Shown here: positions 28,383 through 38,900 of the stretch, piece after piece
How positions within the stretch are numbered: position 1 is the first letter of the stretch
Layout: every line of letters begins with the position of its first letter
Virus record (IMG/VR): IMGVR_UViG_3300031576_000022
Coordinates: 22,249-86,248 of that record
Length of the DNA stretch: 64,000 bases
Origin: a virus
Reading direction: 5' to 3' (one strand)
Program-made: the position numbers and the translations under genes
Notes under the pieces: generated by a model
The model's input: only the letters and a program-made list of their open reading frames with translations
What the model was told of the DNA's origin: nothing
Databases searched by the model: none

Positions 28383-29924
28383 TTATGGTGGTGGAATAGG
28401 CGGAGGCGGCGGTGCCGGTTCTGCTGGTGGCGGTGCTGATGGTGGTGGTAAAACTGGCGGTGGTTCATCCTTGCATACATCTGGCAATGGTATTTCTGTT
28501 TTTAGTAATTCTAAATCTAAATCGATGGATATTAATGGAAACATAATTGGTGGAAATGCAGGATCTTTTGGTTCTAATTTTGGTATGTTTTCAAGTAGCC
28601 AGGCTATTATAGAACTTGTTGCCGTAATATGATCTTCTGTTAATACGGCCAATTTTTCAATTTTAAAATCTAAAGCTTTTACTATACAATATAAATGATC
28701 TATTTCATTGAGGAGGCTATTAAACCTATCTGTAATTGTTATCCATCTGTTATTATAGCTTTGAGATGAAACCTCTTCGCATGGTAGGTATGATGTTAGT
28801 AGTGATGTTTCGCATATTGTATCAAAACCAAGTGTTTCAATATCCGGGCATTTTGGTTCAGAAAATACTTTTATTCTTTCATCAATCGTTACTCCAGCAT
28901 CATGTTCTTCAAATGGTGTTGGGCTGTCTTTTGGATCTATGAAAATATCTTTTACTGTTGGGTCTTCTTCGAATGTTGCTGCAATGAGATCTTCATTGAG
29001 AATATTGCAATTATCAATTGCTGGTAAGGATACAAGAATCCCCCAGGCATGGTGTGTACGATTAAATGCGAAGGCTCCAGTCAAAATTTGACCAGACATT
29101 CTTGTTTTTTTTGTTGTTTCTATTTTTTCTTCTTCAAATTCTGTAGCTTCAATTGTAGTTTCGGTTAATTTTGCTGTTGATTCTACCTTTAACTGATCTA
29201 GTTCAACCGGACGATCTATTCCTCTTGGAAATACCGTTTCTCCATCTTCGTCGCTATCCCTAGGCCACGAAAATCCAGAAAAAAATAATGGCCCAGTTCG
29301 TTGATCGCTTTTATAGAAGTGTGCTGTAATACGAATCTCAAATCGACCATATAATAGATCTTTTCTTCCTGGAAACGCTCCAAATAAATCGTTATAAGAC
29401 GATCTTGATTCATATGCTTCAGCTAATGCTGCGTCATCGTCTACTGAACTTCCGCCAGTTCCAGTGACAGTCGGTGGAATTGGTGTATTTTTTGCTATAC
29501 TAACACGAAAAATATCTGTAAATTTTCCGATAGCTCCCATTTCTGATGGGTTCATTCCTGCATCGCCAGCCATACCGCTACGTGCGTTGTATTCTGTATC
29601 TCTACCGAATTTTTGTGGTCTTGTTGGTTCTAAATAATGTTGTATTACATATGCCTTATCAAGATTTATTCCAGCACGAGTTACTCTTGGTATGATTCTT
29701 TCACCTAGGCTTCCTGTATCAATATCTGCTTCGGATTCTGGTGGATCATCTGGATCAAATGGGATCTCTGGAATCCCATCTGGTGTAAACCTCATAAATT
29801 TATCGGATACGGTTCCAATACTCATTTCTTTTATAGAAAGCATATCAGATAGGACACCCCATATTCTGGTGTCACCACTAAATATTTCGTTACTATCTTG
29901 TCCATCTAATATACCAACAGTCAC
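28383..29924 (-). CDS. Acidic virion-associated protein with C-terminal coiled coil and poly-Pro tail
   Basis: 513 aa ending EPPPVLPPPSAPPPAEPAPPPPPIPPP; codon usage like structural genes. Confidence 0.55.
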   Translation of the reverse strand: MTVGILDGQDSNEIFSGDTRIWGVLSDMLSIKEMSIGTVSDKFMRFTPDGIPEIPFDPDDPPESEADIDTGSLGERIIPRVTRAGINLDKAYVIQHYLEPTRPQKFGRDTEYNARSGMAGDAGMNPSEMGAIGKFTDIFRVSIAKNTPIPPTVTGTGGSSVDDDAALAEAYESRSSYNDLFGAFPGRKDLLYGRFEIRITAHFYKSDQRTGPLFFSGFSWPRDSDEDGETVFPRGIDRPVELDQLKVESTAKLTETTIEATEFEEEKIETTKKTRMSGQILTGAFAFNRTHHAWGILVSLPAIDNCNILNEDLIAATFEEDPTVKDIFIDPKDSPTPFEEHDAGVTIDERIKVFSEPKCPDIETLGFDTICETSLLTSYLPCEEVSSQSYNNRWITITDRFNSLLNEIDHLYCIVKALDFKIEKLAVLTEDHITATSSIIAWLLENIPKLEPKDPAFPPIMFPLISIDLDLELLKTEIPLPDVCKDEPPPVLPPPSAPPPAEPAPPPPPIPPP

Positions 29925-29994
29925 GGCAGTTCCTTTCCCTACTGGGACTTGTTTTTGTTATGTTTATATAAATACTAAAATAGTTACTGGAATA

Positions 29995-30273
29995 TTATGG
30001 GATAAGTGGTGATGGTGGTGTAGCTGCTGGTTTTTTTGGTGGCTTTGGTACAAATGGGTCATGTTTTTTTGTAAGAGCATCAATGAATTCTTCGCTTTTA
30101 CTCCATGTAACTCTAGATTTAGAAACATTATCAATATTACTTGCAATAAGTAGATCCATGAATTCGCCATTATCGGCTTTTAGTATTGTTTTATGTCCAA
30201 ATTGTGATGGTTGATGGATCTTTTTAGAAATTATTTCTTCAATTAGTTGCAGTAAATATCTTTCTTCGGCCAT
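29995..30273 (-). CDS. Hypothetical protein, Pro-rich C-terminus
   Basis: GGAG RBS; coupled to the upstream gene. Confidence 0.55.
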   Translation of the reverse strand: MAEERYLLQLIEEIISKKIHQPSQFGHKTILKADNGEFMDLLIASNIDNVSKSRVTWSKSEEFIDALTKKHDPFVPKPPKKPAATPPSPLIP

Positions 30274-30275
30274 TT

Positions 30276-32708
30276 TTATTCGACTCCAACACCAAGGTTT
30301 GGATTCATAACTTCTGATTCAACACTAATTATTGTGTTCATTGATTTAAGATCAAATTGAATTGCAACAATAATACAAGCGGAAAATGGTTCTGGAGTAA
30401 AGTCTAGTCTATCTACTATACCAAAAATTGAATTTCCAGGTTTATATGCGATACTGATTGTTGGAATTCTTGCTCTCATAGAGATTATTGGAACAGTAAA
30501 ATATGGTATATCTGAATCAATATCTAATCCCATTTTTATTTTTTCTGCTATACTATAACTAGCCAAGCTTGGACTTGCTATTGCTGTTGCACCAGCCTTT
30601 GCTTGTTCTGGACTTACTGATGTTGTTGTATCGATTGCATTTACAATATCAATTCTGTATTTTTTTCCATCTACCCACCTTCTTCCAGACATCATTGTTC
30701 CAATTTTTCCAATAGAAAATAGTCCTCTTTTTATAACAAGTCCAGCTTGATCATGTTCTACTGCTCCAATTACCATTGGAGCTAAAAACGAAATTTTATT
30801 TGTTTTTGGATCAATAGTAACATTAACCATATTTAAATCGCCACTTTCTAAAAAAATACCAGATCTATCTTCAAGAATTCTAACGCTTCCTTTTTTTGAT
30901 CCGAATGGATAAAAATCTTTTCCATCTTTCTTAATTGTAGATTTATCTTTATCTATTGTTTCTCTTAAATCTATGTTTTCTGATACAAAATCTACAGCTA
31001 GTTGGGCTTCTTTTGTTTGTCCTGGACTAAATTTTGGAAAGTATGTTTTTGGTGGAGATGGATCGCCAGATTTTGCTGTAGCAATATTTCTTGAAAGAAA
31101 TGGTCTAGGTTTAATCATATATGTAGATCCATTTACCTTGAATAATGTAGGAATAAAATTAAATGGATCTCTTTTTTCATCTTTTGTTGTTGTAATCAAT
31201 CCCGTTTCATCTGTAATCCATCTTCTCATGGTCGAAAAAAATGAATCTTGACCTTTGAGTTTAATCGCTTCATCTTCTGCAAGATTATTGATACGAATTT
31301 TTATCATATTGTTTTGAAGTCTTTGCCATTCATATCTTGTAGATTTTCCCGTTGATTCTCCATCAATAAATGTTCCAGACATTCCTTCAAGTTTTATTTG
31401 ATCATTGCCTGTTGTTGCGTCGGCTACAGATACTTTTTTGATAATTTCAAACCATACTTCACTTGTCCATCCCTTTCTAAGATAGAATGCATTTTGTACA
31501 CGAATGTTTTGTGTTGTTCCAATTAATGCACCAATTACTTGTGTATAGTCTACGTTTATATCAATATCATCAATATTCCATTTTTCTTTATTAACAAGTG
31601 GATATGCGAGTGGTCCGGTGGATGCAATATTATAAAGTCCTACTGGCATTCCACTTCCACCTGATCCCATAAATATTTTTATAGCTTTTGTTGCTAATCC
31701 AGTTCTCCATACATTAAGTATTGAAGCTGATTCTGTTGGTTCAAGCCACCAATTATATCCAACAGATTGACATATTTTAGTAATTGCATCTGTTGCCCTT
31801 AATCCTTGAATGTCAATAGTTTCTGGATACAAATCATCCATCCCGGTTGGAGGCCCTAGTATTATTCTTTTTGTTTCTACAAATATATCTTCTACTGGTG
31901 CGCCACCACCAAATGGGCCTGCGTCAGCAACCGCATCTTCAAATGAATATGGTGGTGAATAACAATAAAACATTACATATTTTATCATATCCCATGCAGA
32001 CCATGCAATATTTCTATCTGCTGGTGGCGCCCCACCAAAACTTTTTATGTTTAATGCAAAATAATCTCCATCAAAAATTATTTCTGGTAAAATTCCAAAT
32101 GAATCTCCTGCTCCGACTGCTGGAGATTTTCTTCCATTTCCGTGTGGTGATATAATACCAAAATGTGACCATGATGATTCTGCTAGTTTAGAAAATGTTC
32201 GATCGTTGAATACACATGGAAGTCCAGTAAACCATCCAGATCCAGCACCATATATCCCGCCAGATACAGCTTCAGTACCATCATCATCTGCTTGAATGCC
32301 AACTTGACCTATAATAATTTCTCTGTATAAGTCATATTTATAATCAACACATTTTAATATAATTGTTTCATCTTTTGAATCATCCGATCCACCAGACGCT
32401 CTTAACGATTGAGCCATTATGTATCCACTGAAAAGTATGCTTTTAGTACCATCAGACAATGATGCGGAGATAGCTATTTCTGTTCCAACTGCTAAAAATT
32501 CAGATCCAAGATATGTGTCTTTATCTATTCTATTTTCAACTATTTCAATTTCTGCTGTTGAAAATTCGCTATTTCTTTTCCAATTAACATTACCAGCCTT
32601 TACATAGAATCCCAATAATGAATCTTTTGCTATAACAGTAATAATTGGTAAATCTATTTTACCATCTTTATCAACAAATCCAACCGTATCTGTTATTGAG
32701 AATGACAT
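30276..32708 (-). CDS. Baseplate hub / tail tip protein
   Basis: ILFSGYI....., LKCVD, DAITKICQSVGYNWW, YKPGNSI: hub-protein pattern. Confidence 0.6.
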   Translation of the reverse strand: MSFSITDTVGFVDKDGKIDLPIITVIAKDSLLGFYVKAGNVNWKRNSEFSTAEIEIVENRIDKDTYLGSEFLAVGTEIAISASLSDGTKSILFSGYIMAQSLRASGGSDDSKDETIILKCVDYKYDLYREIIIGQVGIQADDDGTEAVSGGIYGAGSGWFTGLPCVFNDRTFSKLAESSWSHFGIISPHGNGRKSPAVGAGDSFGILPEIIFDGDYFALNIKSFGGAPPADRNIAWSAWDMIKYVMFYCYSPPYSFEDAVADAGPFGGGAPVEDIFVETKRIILGPPTGMDDLYPETIDIQGLRATDAITKICQSVGYNWWLEPTESASILNVWRTGLATKAIKIFMGSGGSGMPVGLYNIASTGPLAYPLVNKEKWNIDDIDINVDYTQVIGALIGTTQNIRVQNAFYLRKGWTSEVWFEIIKKVSVADATTGNDQIKLEGMSGTFIDGESTGKSTRYEWQRLQNNMIKIRINNLAEDEAIKLKGQDSFFSTMRRWITDETGLITTTKDEKRDPFNFIPTLFKVNGSTYMIKPRPFLSRNIATAKSGDPSPPKTYFPKFSPGQTKEAQLAVDFVSENIDLRETIDKDKSTIKKDGKDFYPFGSKKGSVRILEDRSGIFLESGDLNMVNVTIDPKTNKISFLAPMVIGAVEHDQAGLVIKRGLFSIGKIGTMMSGRRWVDGKKYRIDIVNAIDTTTSVSPEQAKAGATAIASPSLASYSIAEKIKMGLDIDSDIPYFTVPIISMRARIPTISIAYKPGNSIFGIVDRLDFTPEPFSACIIVAIQFDLKSMNTIISVESEVMNPNLGVGVE

Positions 32709-32720
32709 GTTATTGTATAC

Positions 32721-35198
32721 CTAACATGGATTGCCTTTAAGGCCGAGCGGATTTGATGGTTTTGTTGCATCTGGTGTAAATCTTACTACAAATGGATTTC
32801 TTGTTTCAAAATCTCCGTCATCAGACATAACTCTAGCAACAGCATAATGTGGAATTTCTGAAAATGGACCAACAGTAGTTGATGTTAAAAAAAAGGTTTG
32901 GTCATATCCAATCTGATGAAATGGAATAAACATTGTTACGATAGGTGGTCCAGTAAAATCGGCAGGAACATTTTGTTCAAACATCCATATTTGTACGCTA
33001 TTTCCAATCGCTGGCTCACGAAATGCTTTATAAATGGCTGAAAATTCAATAAATCCATTTGGCTTAAGTGTTACAGTGAATTGTGATACTGGATTTGGTT
33101 GTGGTCCAATGAGCTTAAGTATTCCTGGCGAATCTTCAATAACAGTTATATCAAGTCTGTTTTCAAAATTACCGTCTTCTGTTATTCCATTACTGGCTCT
33201 AATTACAAATCTCCATATTCCAGGAGTCATTAGTATAATAAATCCAGGGATTGCTCCGGTTGCTGCTGGTACTGTAAAATCTGGAAATTCAAGCGTACCA
33301 TTATTGTGGTATAGGTTGTATGTAGTAACTGATGGGCTTGGACTTGAACTTGATGATACGGTTCCAAATAATCCTGTAAAAGATATTGTCATCCCGGTAG
33401 GGGCAATGATCATTTCTGGAATGATAAATGCTGTTGGATTATTTGATTCTGATGTAAGCAGATTAATTAATTGAGATGAAATTAATATTGGTTGTGGTAT
33501 GATAAAAGTAATTATTGGTCCAACAAATCCATCGATTCCTTTTCCTGGACTTGCTTCACCCCATACCCTTACATCTGTTGGTGCTATTGGTCCTGGAGCA
33601 GAAACAAATGCTGATATATTGTTTATTGTAAGAGCAAAATCTGTTCCATCGTATGAGGCACGGATTATGTTGATTTCTTCAAGAATTATTGGTAATACCG
33701 TTAATTTCATTCCTGATCCAGTATATATACGTGCAATGATTGCATATCCTGTGTTATAATCATTATCTGGTGTCTCAAAGAATTCATTTGAAAATTTTGC
33801 AGCTATTAATTCAAAAAAACTCTCAAATGAAAATATTTTTGTATATGTAGTTGTAGCGAAACTATCTAATGGTAATGTTGTTGGAGCGCTTCTTAGTAGT
33901 ACAGACATATAAATATCAAATTCTTGGCCTACACCGATCCATGAACCAGGCACAGACCCATCAAGGTTAAATGATGCACCCTGAAGTTCAATTCCTGCAC
34001 CATGATTAATCCCTTCGTAAACAAATATTGGTCTATTAGCTAGTATAGGTTGATTAATATTTGTTATTAATGAACCCTTGCTATCTATTCTTGCTACTCT
34101 ATCCTGATCATTTTCTATTTGAATTGTTCCAGCAAGATCTGTAAAAGTATTTGCTGGGTCAACTGGATCAAACCATGTTCTAGGTAAAAAATCTGCAAAT
34201 GTAATAGAATCTCCAATGTTTCCTGCTATATCTTTCGATCTAAGTCTAAAACGATATGCACCTTGAATTAATTGTGCTGTCGTATATTCGGTAGCTCCTG
34301 GCTGGATACTATCAAATTGAATATATGGTGCTCCATCTTTTGATATTTCAATAATAATTGCTGCATATCCATCTCTAATTAAAAAATGATTCCATTTTAA
34401 ATGTATTCGATTTGATGGACAATATTCAAGAATACCGCGCGCCTCAAGCTCGCGTCCTTCTAGTGAAACCCTTGATCCAGATATTGCAGCGCTGAACGTA
34501 CTGCGCTGAACTCCAAGTATTTGTTCATCAAAATCAATTATAAATTTGAATATATTATGAAACGATATGATACCATCAAGTAGATCATATGCTATTGCAG
34601 ATGATCCGGTTAATCCGTTTGCAACAATGGGATCGTCCCATAATGTCATATCTGATGTTAAATCAAACCTCATGTGTCCGTTTTCAATTCCAACAAATTC
34701 AACAGCACCTACACGAGTATTTCCACCAGATATTGTAAACGATAATTTATATTGATCTCCAAGAGAAGAAGATAGTTTCATTAAAATACTAAACCAACCA
34801 CCACCAAGTGAAGTTATTGTTTGTACTGAATTAAAACTATTTGTTTCGTTTATTCCAATACCTGTTAATTCAAGTTCTGTAAAGAATTGAACGATATCTG
34901 GATTATCACGACGAAATATTGAAGCTGTAAATATAGAAAATCCTCCAGTATCTTCAACTTCGAATGAAATAAAAATATCAATAGGAGTAAACTGAATATT
35001 TTTTGTTTGACGGTATTGACCATTTTTAAATAAGTGTGTTAGGTGCTCGAATCGTGGAACACCAAGCCAAATACGAATAGATGAAGATACTTTGTCAATC
35101 AATCTCATATCAAGGAATGGAACATTTGGTGGAAATCCAGGAAGATTTTCCGGTAAGAACCTTCCAAGCGGATTTCCTAAACGTCTACCAGCATGCAT
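32721..35198 (-). CDS. Tail protein with fibronectin-III and LamG-like domains
   Basis: LKW, YRFRLRSKDIAGN, YNLY, WRFVIRASN, DGDFE.N, PD.T.P; WFDP...NRP LamG-like segment. Confidence 0.65.
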   Translation of the reverse strand: MHAGRRLGNPLGRFLPENLPGFPPNVPFLDMRLIDKVSSSIRIWLGVPRFEHLTHLFKNGQYRQTKNIQFTPIDIFISFEVEDTGGFSIFTASIFRRDNPDIVQFFTELELTGIGINETNSFNSVQTITSLGGGWFSILMKLSSSLGDQYKLSFTISGGNTRVGAVEFVGIENGHMRFDLTSDMTLWDDPIVANGLTGSSAIAYDLLDGIISFHNIFKFIIDFDEQILGVQRSTFSAAISGSRVSLEGRELEARGILEYCPSNRIHLKWNHFLIRDGYAAIIIEISKDGAPYIQFDSIQPGATEYTTAQLIQGAYRFRLRSKDIAGNIGDSITFADFLPRTWFDPVDPANTFTDLAGTIQIENDQDRVARIDSKGSLITNINQPILANRPIFVYEGINHGAGIELQGASFNLDGSVPGSWIGVGQEFDIYMSVLLRSAPTTLPLDSFATTTYTKIFSFESFFELIAAKFSNEFFETPDNDYNTGYAIIARIYTGSGMKLTVLPIILEEINIIRASYDGTDFALTINNISAFVSAPGPIAPTDVRVWGEASPGKGIDGFVGPIITFIIPQPILISSQLINLLTSESNNPTAFIIPEMIIAPTGMTISFTGLFGTVSSSSSPSPSVTTYNLYHNNGTLEFPDFTVPAATGAIPGFIILMTPGIWRFVIRASNGITEDGNFENRLDITVIEDSPGILKLIGPQPNPVSQFTVTLKPNGFIEFSAIYKAFREPAIGNSVQIWMFEQNVPADFTGPPIVTMFIPFHQIGYDQTFFLTSTTVGPFSEIPHYAVARVMSDDGDFETRNPFVVRFTPDATKPSNPLGLKGNPC

Positions 35199-35208
35199 TT
35201 TTTATTGC

Positions 35209-35448
35209 CTATTTACTGGTTTCAGTTTTATCGCATGAGACTGATTGAATCGAATGTTTTGGTATAATCATTAATTCTGATTCTATAATTGATATCTCAT
35301 ATCTTGTAACAAACCTAAGTATTCCTGATGCTATTTTATCGCCTCCATACCTAACAATGACCCTTTTCCCTACCAAGCTAATGAACAAATCAAGATTGTA
35401 TAAATTTTTTTTATGTTTTTTATCTATTGGTTTCTTTTCAGTTGACAT
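35209..35448 (-). CDS. Hfq/Sm-like RNA-binding protein
   Basis: Sm1-like GKRVIVRYGGDKIASGILRFVTRYEISI and Sm2-like MIIPKHSIQSV (compare Hfq MVYKHAISTV). Confidence 0.7.
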   Translation of the reverse strand: MSTEKKPIDKKHKKNLYNLDLFISLVGKRVIVRYGGDKIASGILRFVTRYEISIIESELMIIPKHSIQSVSCDKTETSK

Positions 35449-35457
35449 TATTGATCA

Positions 35458-35486
35458 ATTATACTGCAACAGTATGTTTTAGTCAA
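35458..35486 (-). promoter_or_regulatory. Near-consensus sigma70 promoter TTGACT-N17-TATAAT with overlapping palindrome ATACTG-N3-CAGTAT
   Basis: Read on the - strand about 10 nt upstream of the Hfq-like ATG. Confidence 0.75.
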
Positions 35487-35501
35487 AAATTATTTAGATT
35501 A

Positions 35502-35696
35502 TTAAATTGTTGGATTGCTTTGGTAGGTAAGAAGTTCTTTGTATTTTTTATATTGATTTTCAATCATATCATTTGGTGTAATTTTTATTCTCATTAGTTC
35601 ATTATTCCTGCAATACCAACAACACGGATTATTTGGTTCGTCTTTTTTTTCCTCCTGCATGATATCCGCAGTAATGACAATTTTCGGTGCGAGCAT
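35502..35696 (-). CDS. Hypothetical protein
   Basis: 64-aa ORF with CWYC. Confidence 0.35.
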   Translation of the reverse strand: MLAPKIVITADIMQEEKKDEPNNPCCWYCRNNELMRIKITPNDMIENQYKKYKELLTYQSNPTI

Positions 35697-35803
35697 TCAA
35701 TTCTTCGCTCATTGGTTCTTCCACTAAACTGATTTTATTGGTACTGCCGCTTGTGTTTGTTACGATTCATCAACCACAAGCTATTGACATTCAAGGGTTT
35801 GCG

Positions 35804-35881
35804 TTGACCTTCGTTTTGTGGTCGGTTAGGATTCCGCCTATAGAAAACGCCCCGGCCTGATTCAGCGCAGGCCGGGGCGTT
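35804..35881 (+). promoter_or_regulatory. Promoter TTGACC-N17-TAGGAT and 14-bp leader hairpin upstream of the primase-helicase
   Basis: -35 at 35804, -10 at 35827; AACGCCCCGGCCTG-N8-CAGGCCGGGGCGTT at 35846-35881. Confidence 0.6.
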
Positions 35882-35923
35882 CGATCGAGGTTACGTATCT
35901 TGCCTCCGGGGAGAGGTCAGACA

Positions 35924-38900
35924 ATGGATAAGATCGCATCTGATGGCGTGTCTGTCAATTATGAATCACGGTTTTCTCGTGTCAGGGATGATGTGGAGAC
36001 ACTGTTGGCGCGTGATCCTGTTGGAGTAATTTTTAGTTTATTAAGTTGCCATATATCTAGTATAGAACGTCCAAATGGTACGCTTAGTATATGGGGTATG
36101 ACGTGTCCATGGTGTAATGGAGGCGGCAATAAAGAATCATCGCCACTTTTTTTATCGAGTCATGGAAGAAAGAAGCTTCATTGTGAGAAATGTGGTAAGT
36201 CTGAATCTATTGTTTTTTTATTTATAGAACAACATGGACTTTCATTAAAATCTAATATTGGGCTATGTTCAGAAAAGCTTGCTAATGCTGCTGGTGTGAG
36301 TTCTCATGACGAATATATAAAACAAAGAGCTACAGGAAGGTTTACTGATGATTTTATAATTGATATGGATGATAATCCGGTACAGGCGCAGGGACGAATT
36401 TTCTCCCCTACTGGGACTATGCCTCAAGATAAAAAGAATTGGATAATTAGAGGTATAGAATTTTTTTTAAATAGGGCTGATTTAGGAGAATTGAGCAAAC
36501 AAGAATCTGTAGCTATTTCATATGTTATGAAACGTGGTATATCACAGAATACTATTAGAAGCTGTAAACTATTTACTAGTATAAATTCAAACAAAATAAT
36601 GGTTGTAATGCCATCATATGATTGTAACAAAGATTTAGTTGGATATCAATGGTTTGATTATGCTAATGTTGATAAGAATGGTAAAGCTGAATATCGTGCA
36701 TGTAAAAATGAATTTGGTAGTTGTAGATTTCCGTTTGGGATGGAGGATTGTGTAGGAAATAATAATCCAATACTTATGGTTTGTGGGTTCTTTGATTATT
36801 TATCTGCTAAAGAAATTGGATTTGATAATGTACTTAGTCCATTTGGAACCAATATGTTATCTACTGATTGTTCTCATATAAAAGATGTAGTAAATGGAAG
36901 GTCTGTTTCTATTTTATTTGATAGACAGATTCAAGAATTAGATCAATCTTTATTGGTGGCAGAATCATTAAGAAAAGTTGGTGCAAAAGTAAACATATTA
37001 TTATGGATGAAAGGAAAGGAAGGATTTGATTTTAATGATTTTTTGTTGGGATGTAGAAAGAAAAACATAGAAAATCCTAGAGAATTTATTGGTAGTTTGA
37101 TTAAAGATGGTATGATCAGGTTGATTAAACATGGTAAAAATATAGATATTGATCAGATTATTAAAGATTCTGGTATTGAGATTGGTTCATATATAATGCG
37201 TGGCTCATGGCCTGCATCTAATATTATCGTAAAAAATCAAGAAAAACAATTATCAAACATTGATATATCTAAAAATGTTCATGGTAGGGGAAAAGGTGCT
37301 AGCTTCGAGCCTGATTTAGAAAAGGCCATATCTGGATTATCTCCAATGGGAGAATTTCATACTTTAATTATGTTTACAGACATTCATTCACGATTTGAAA
37401 TGTGTACTGTTCTTGATGTTAAGAGATGTGCATTGAGCGATAATTGTGGTTGCGCTGTTAACAATAGGTTAGATATATCAGATGGAAAATATTCATCTGC
37501 TTTTGTTAACAATACAAAGATGTTACCAGCAATAGAATCAATTAATGAAAGTTTCCAGTTTTTATGTCCAAATTCAAAAGGTTGGGATAAAAAGGAACCC
37601 AAAAAAATACTATATAAGGCTTCAACCAAATCAAATACGTGGTCTATTATTCATGCTAGATCATTATTTTCAAGTAGTTCAAAAATTAATATGGTTACAG
37701 ATATTAGTGATATAAGAACAGGTATATATGAGGTATATGGTTATAAATCAAATCATTGTGGTATGACCGGATCTGTATTTGTAATAAAAGAAATGAAACC
37801 ATATACGATTGAATCAGTTCTTCAGTCGATGCCACATGAAGAATCAAATTCTACTGAAATAGATTTTTTTGATGGGGTATCTGTTATATTAGATTCTGGA
37901 ATGATAGGTACCCCAGATATGATTTTTATTTCAACTGTTTGTGTATGGGCTTTTAGTCCTCCTGTTATTCCATTAATTAAAGATATTGGTAAAGATATAA
38001 TTAATCACAGGCAACCATCTCTTTCTATTTATGCTATTGGTGATCCTGCAACCGGAAAAACAAATACAATTAGAGAAGTGTCGGAACTTGCTGGACATAG
38101 ATGTGATCCAACTGATGCAAAAATGGCTACAAAGCCTGGTTTGGTTATTAGTGGTGCTGATGGGTCTCCAGGTCAGATGCCAAGATCCATTGGACGTGCA
38201 ATGGGGCTTGATGAGATTACTGATAGAAAATCTGTATTAGAAGTTATTCAGTTACTTGTTGAGAATCGCGTTTCTATTTCAATGAGTGGAAGAAATATAG
38301 ACGAAGTTGTACCAGTAAGAATTGCATTACTTAGTAATGCAAATGCTGAAAGAAAAAAACTACATGAATTTAGAACTCCAATGGAAGCAGCATCAGATTT
38401 AATTAAAGAACATCTTATTCGTAGAATAGATATGTGTGTAGCTACTATTAGTTTATCTAGTGAGGTTGATATAGATGAAAGAAATACGAATATATATCGT
38501 AAAGATATTAATATAAATATTGATAGAAATTATTTGATAAATCTTGGGAAAAGATGTTGGAGACAAAATCCAAAAAATATTATTGTTGATGATGTAGCCA
38601 TAGAATTTCTTTCTGATGAAAAAAACATTATATCAAAGATAGATCATATTCGTACTGGAAATCCAATGATGTATGGTGATATTTCTCAGCGTATATTTAG
38701 AATCGCATGTGGGATAGCTGGATTCTCTGGATCTTTCAGTGGTGAAAATATGATCGTAAAAATTAATCATATTATGTATGCGATATTATTGATGAATGAA
38801 ATGATGGATACTATGGGTGCATCTAAGGAAGCTAGGTTTCATATGAGAACAATGGATGTTGAAGGTGCGTATAAAGTTCTTGTTGATGTTTGTACAGAAG

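Noticed and set aside
35461-35475. LexA SOS box
   Set aside because: CTG-N3-CAG does not match the CTG-N10-CAG spacing; kept only as an unassigned palindrome.
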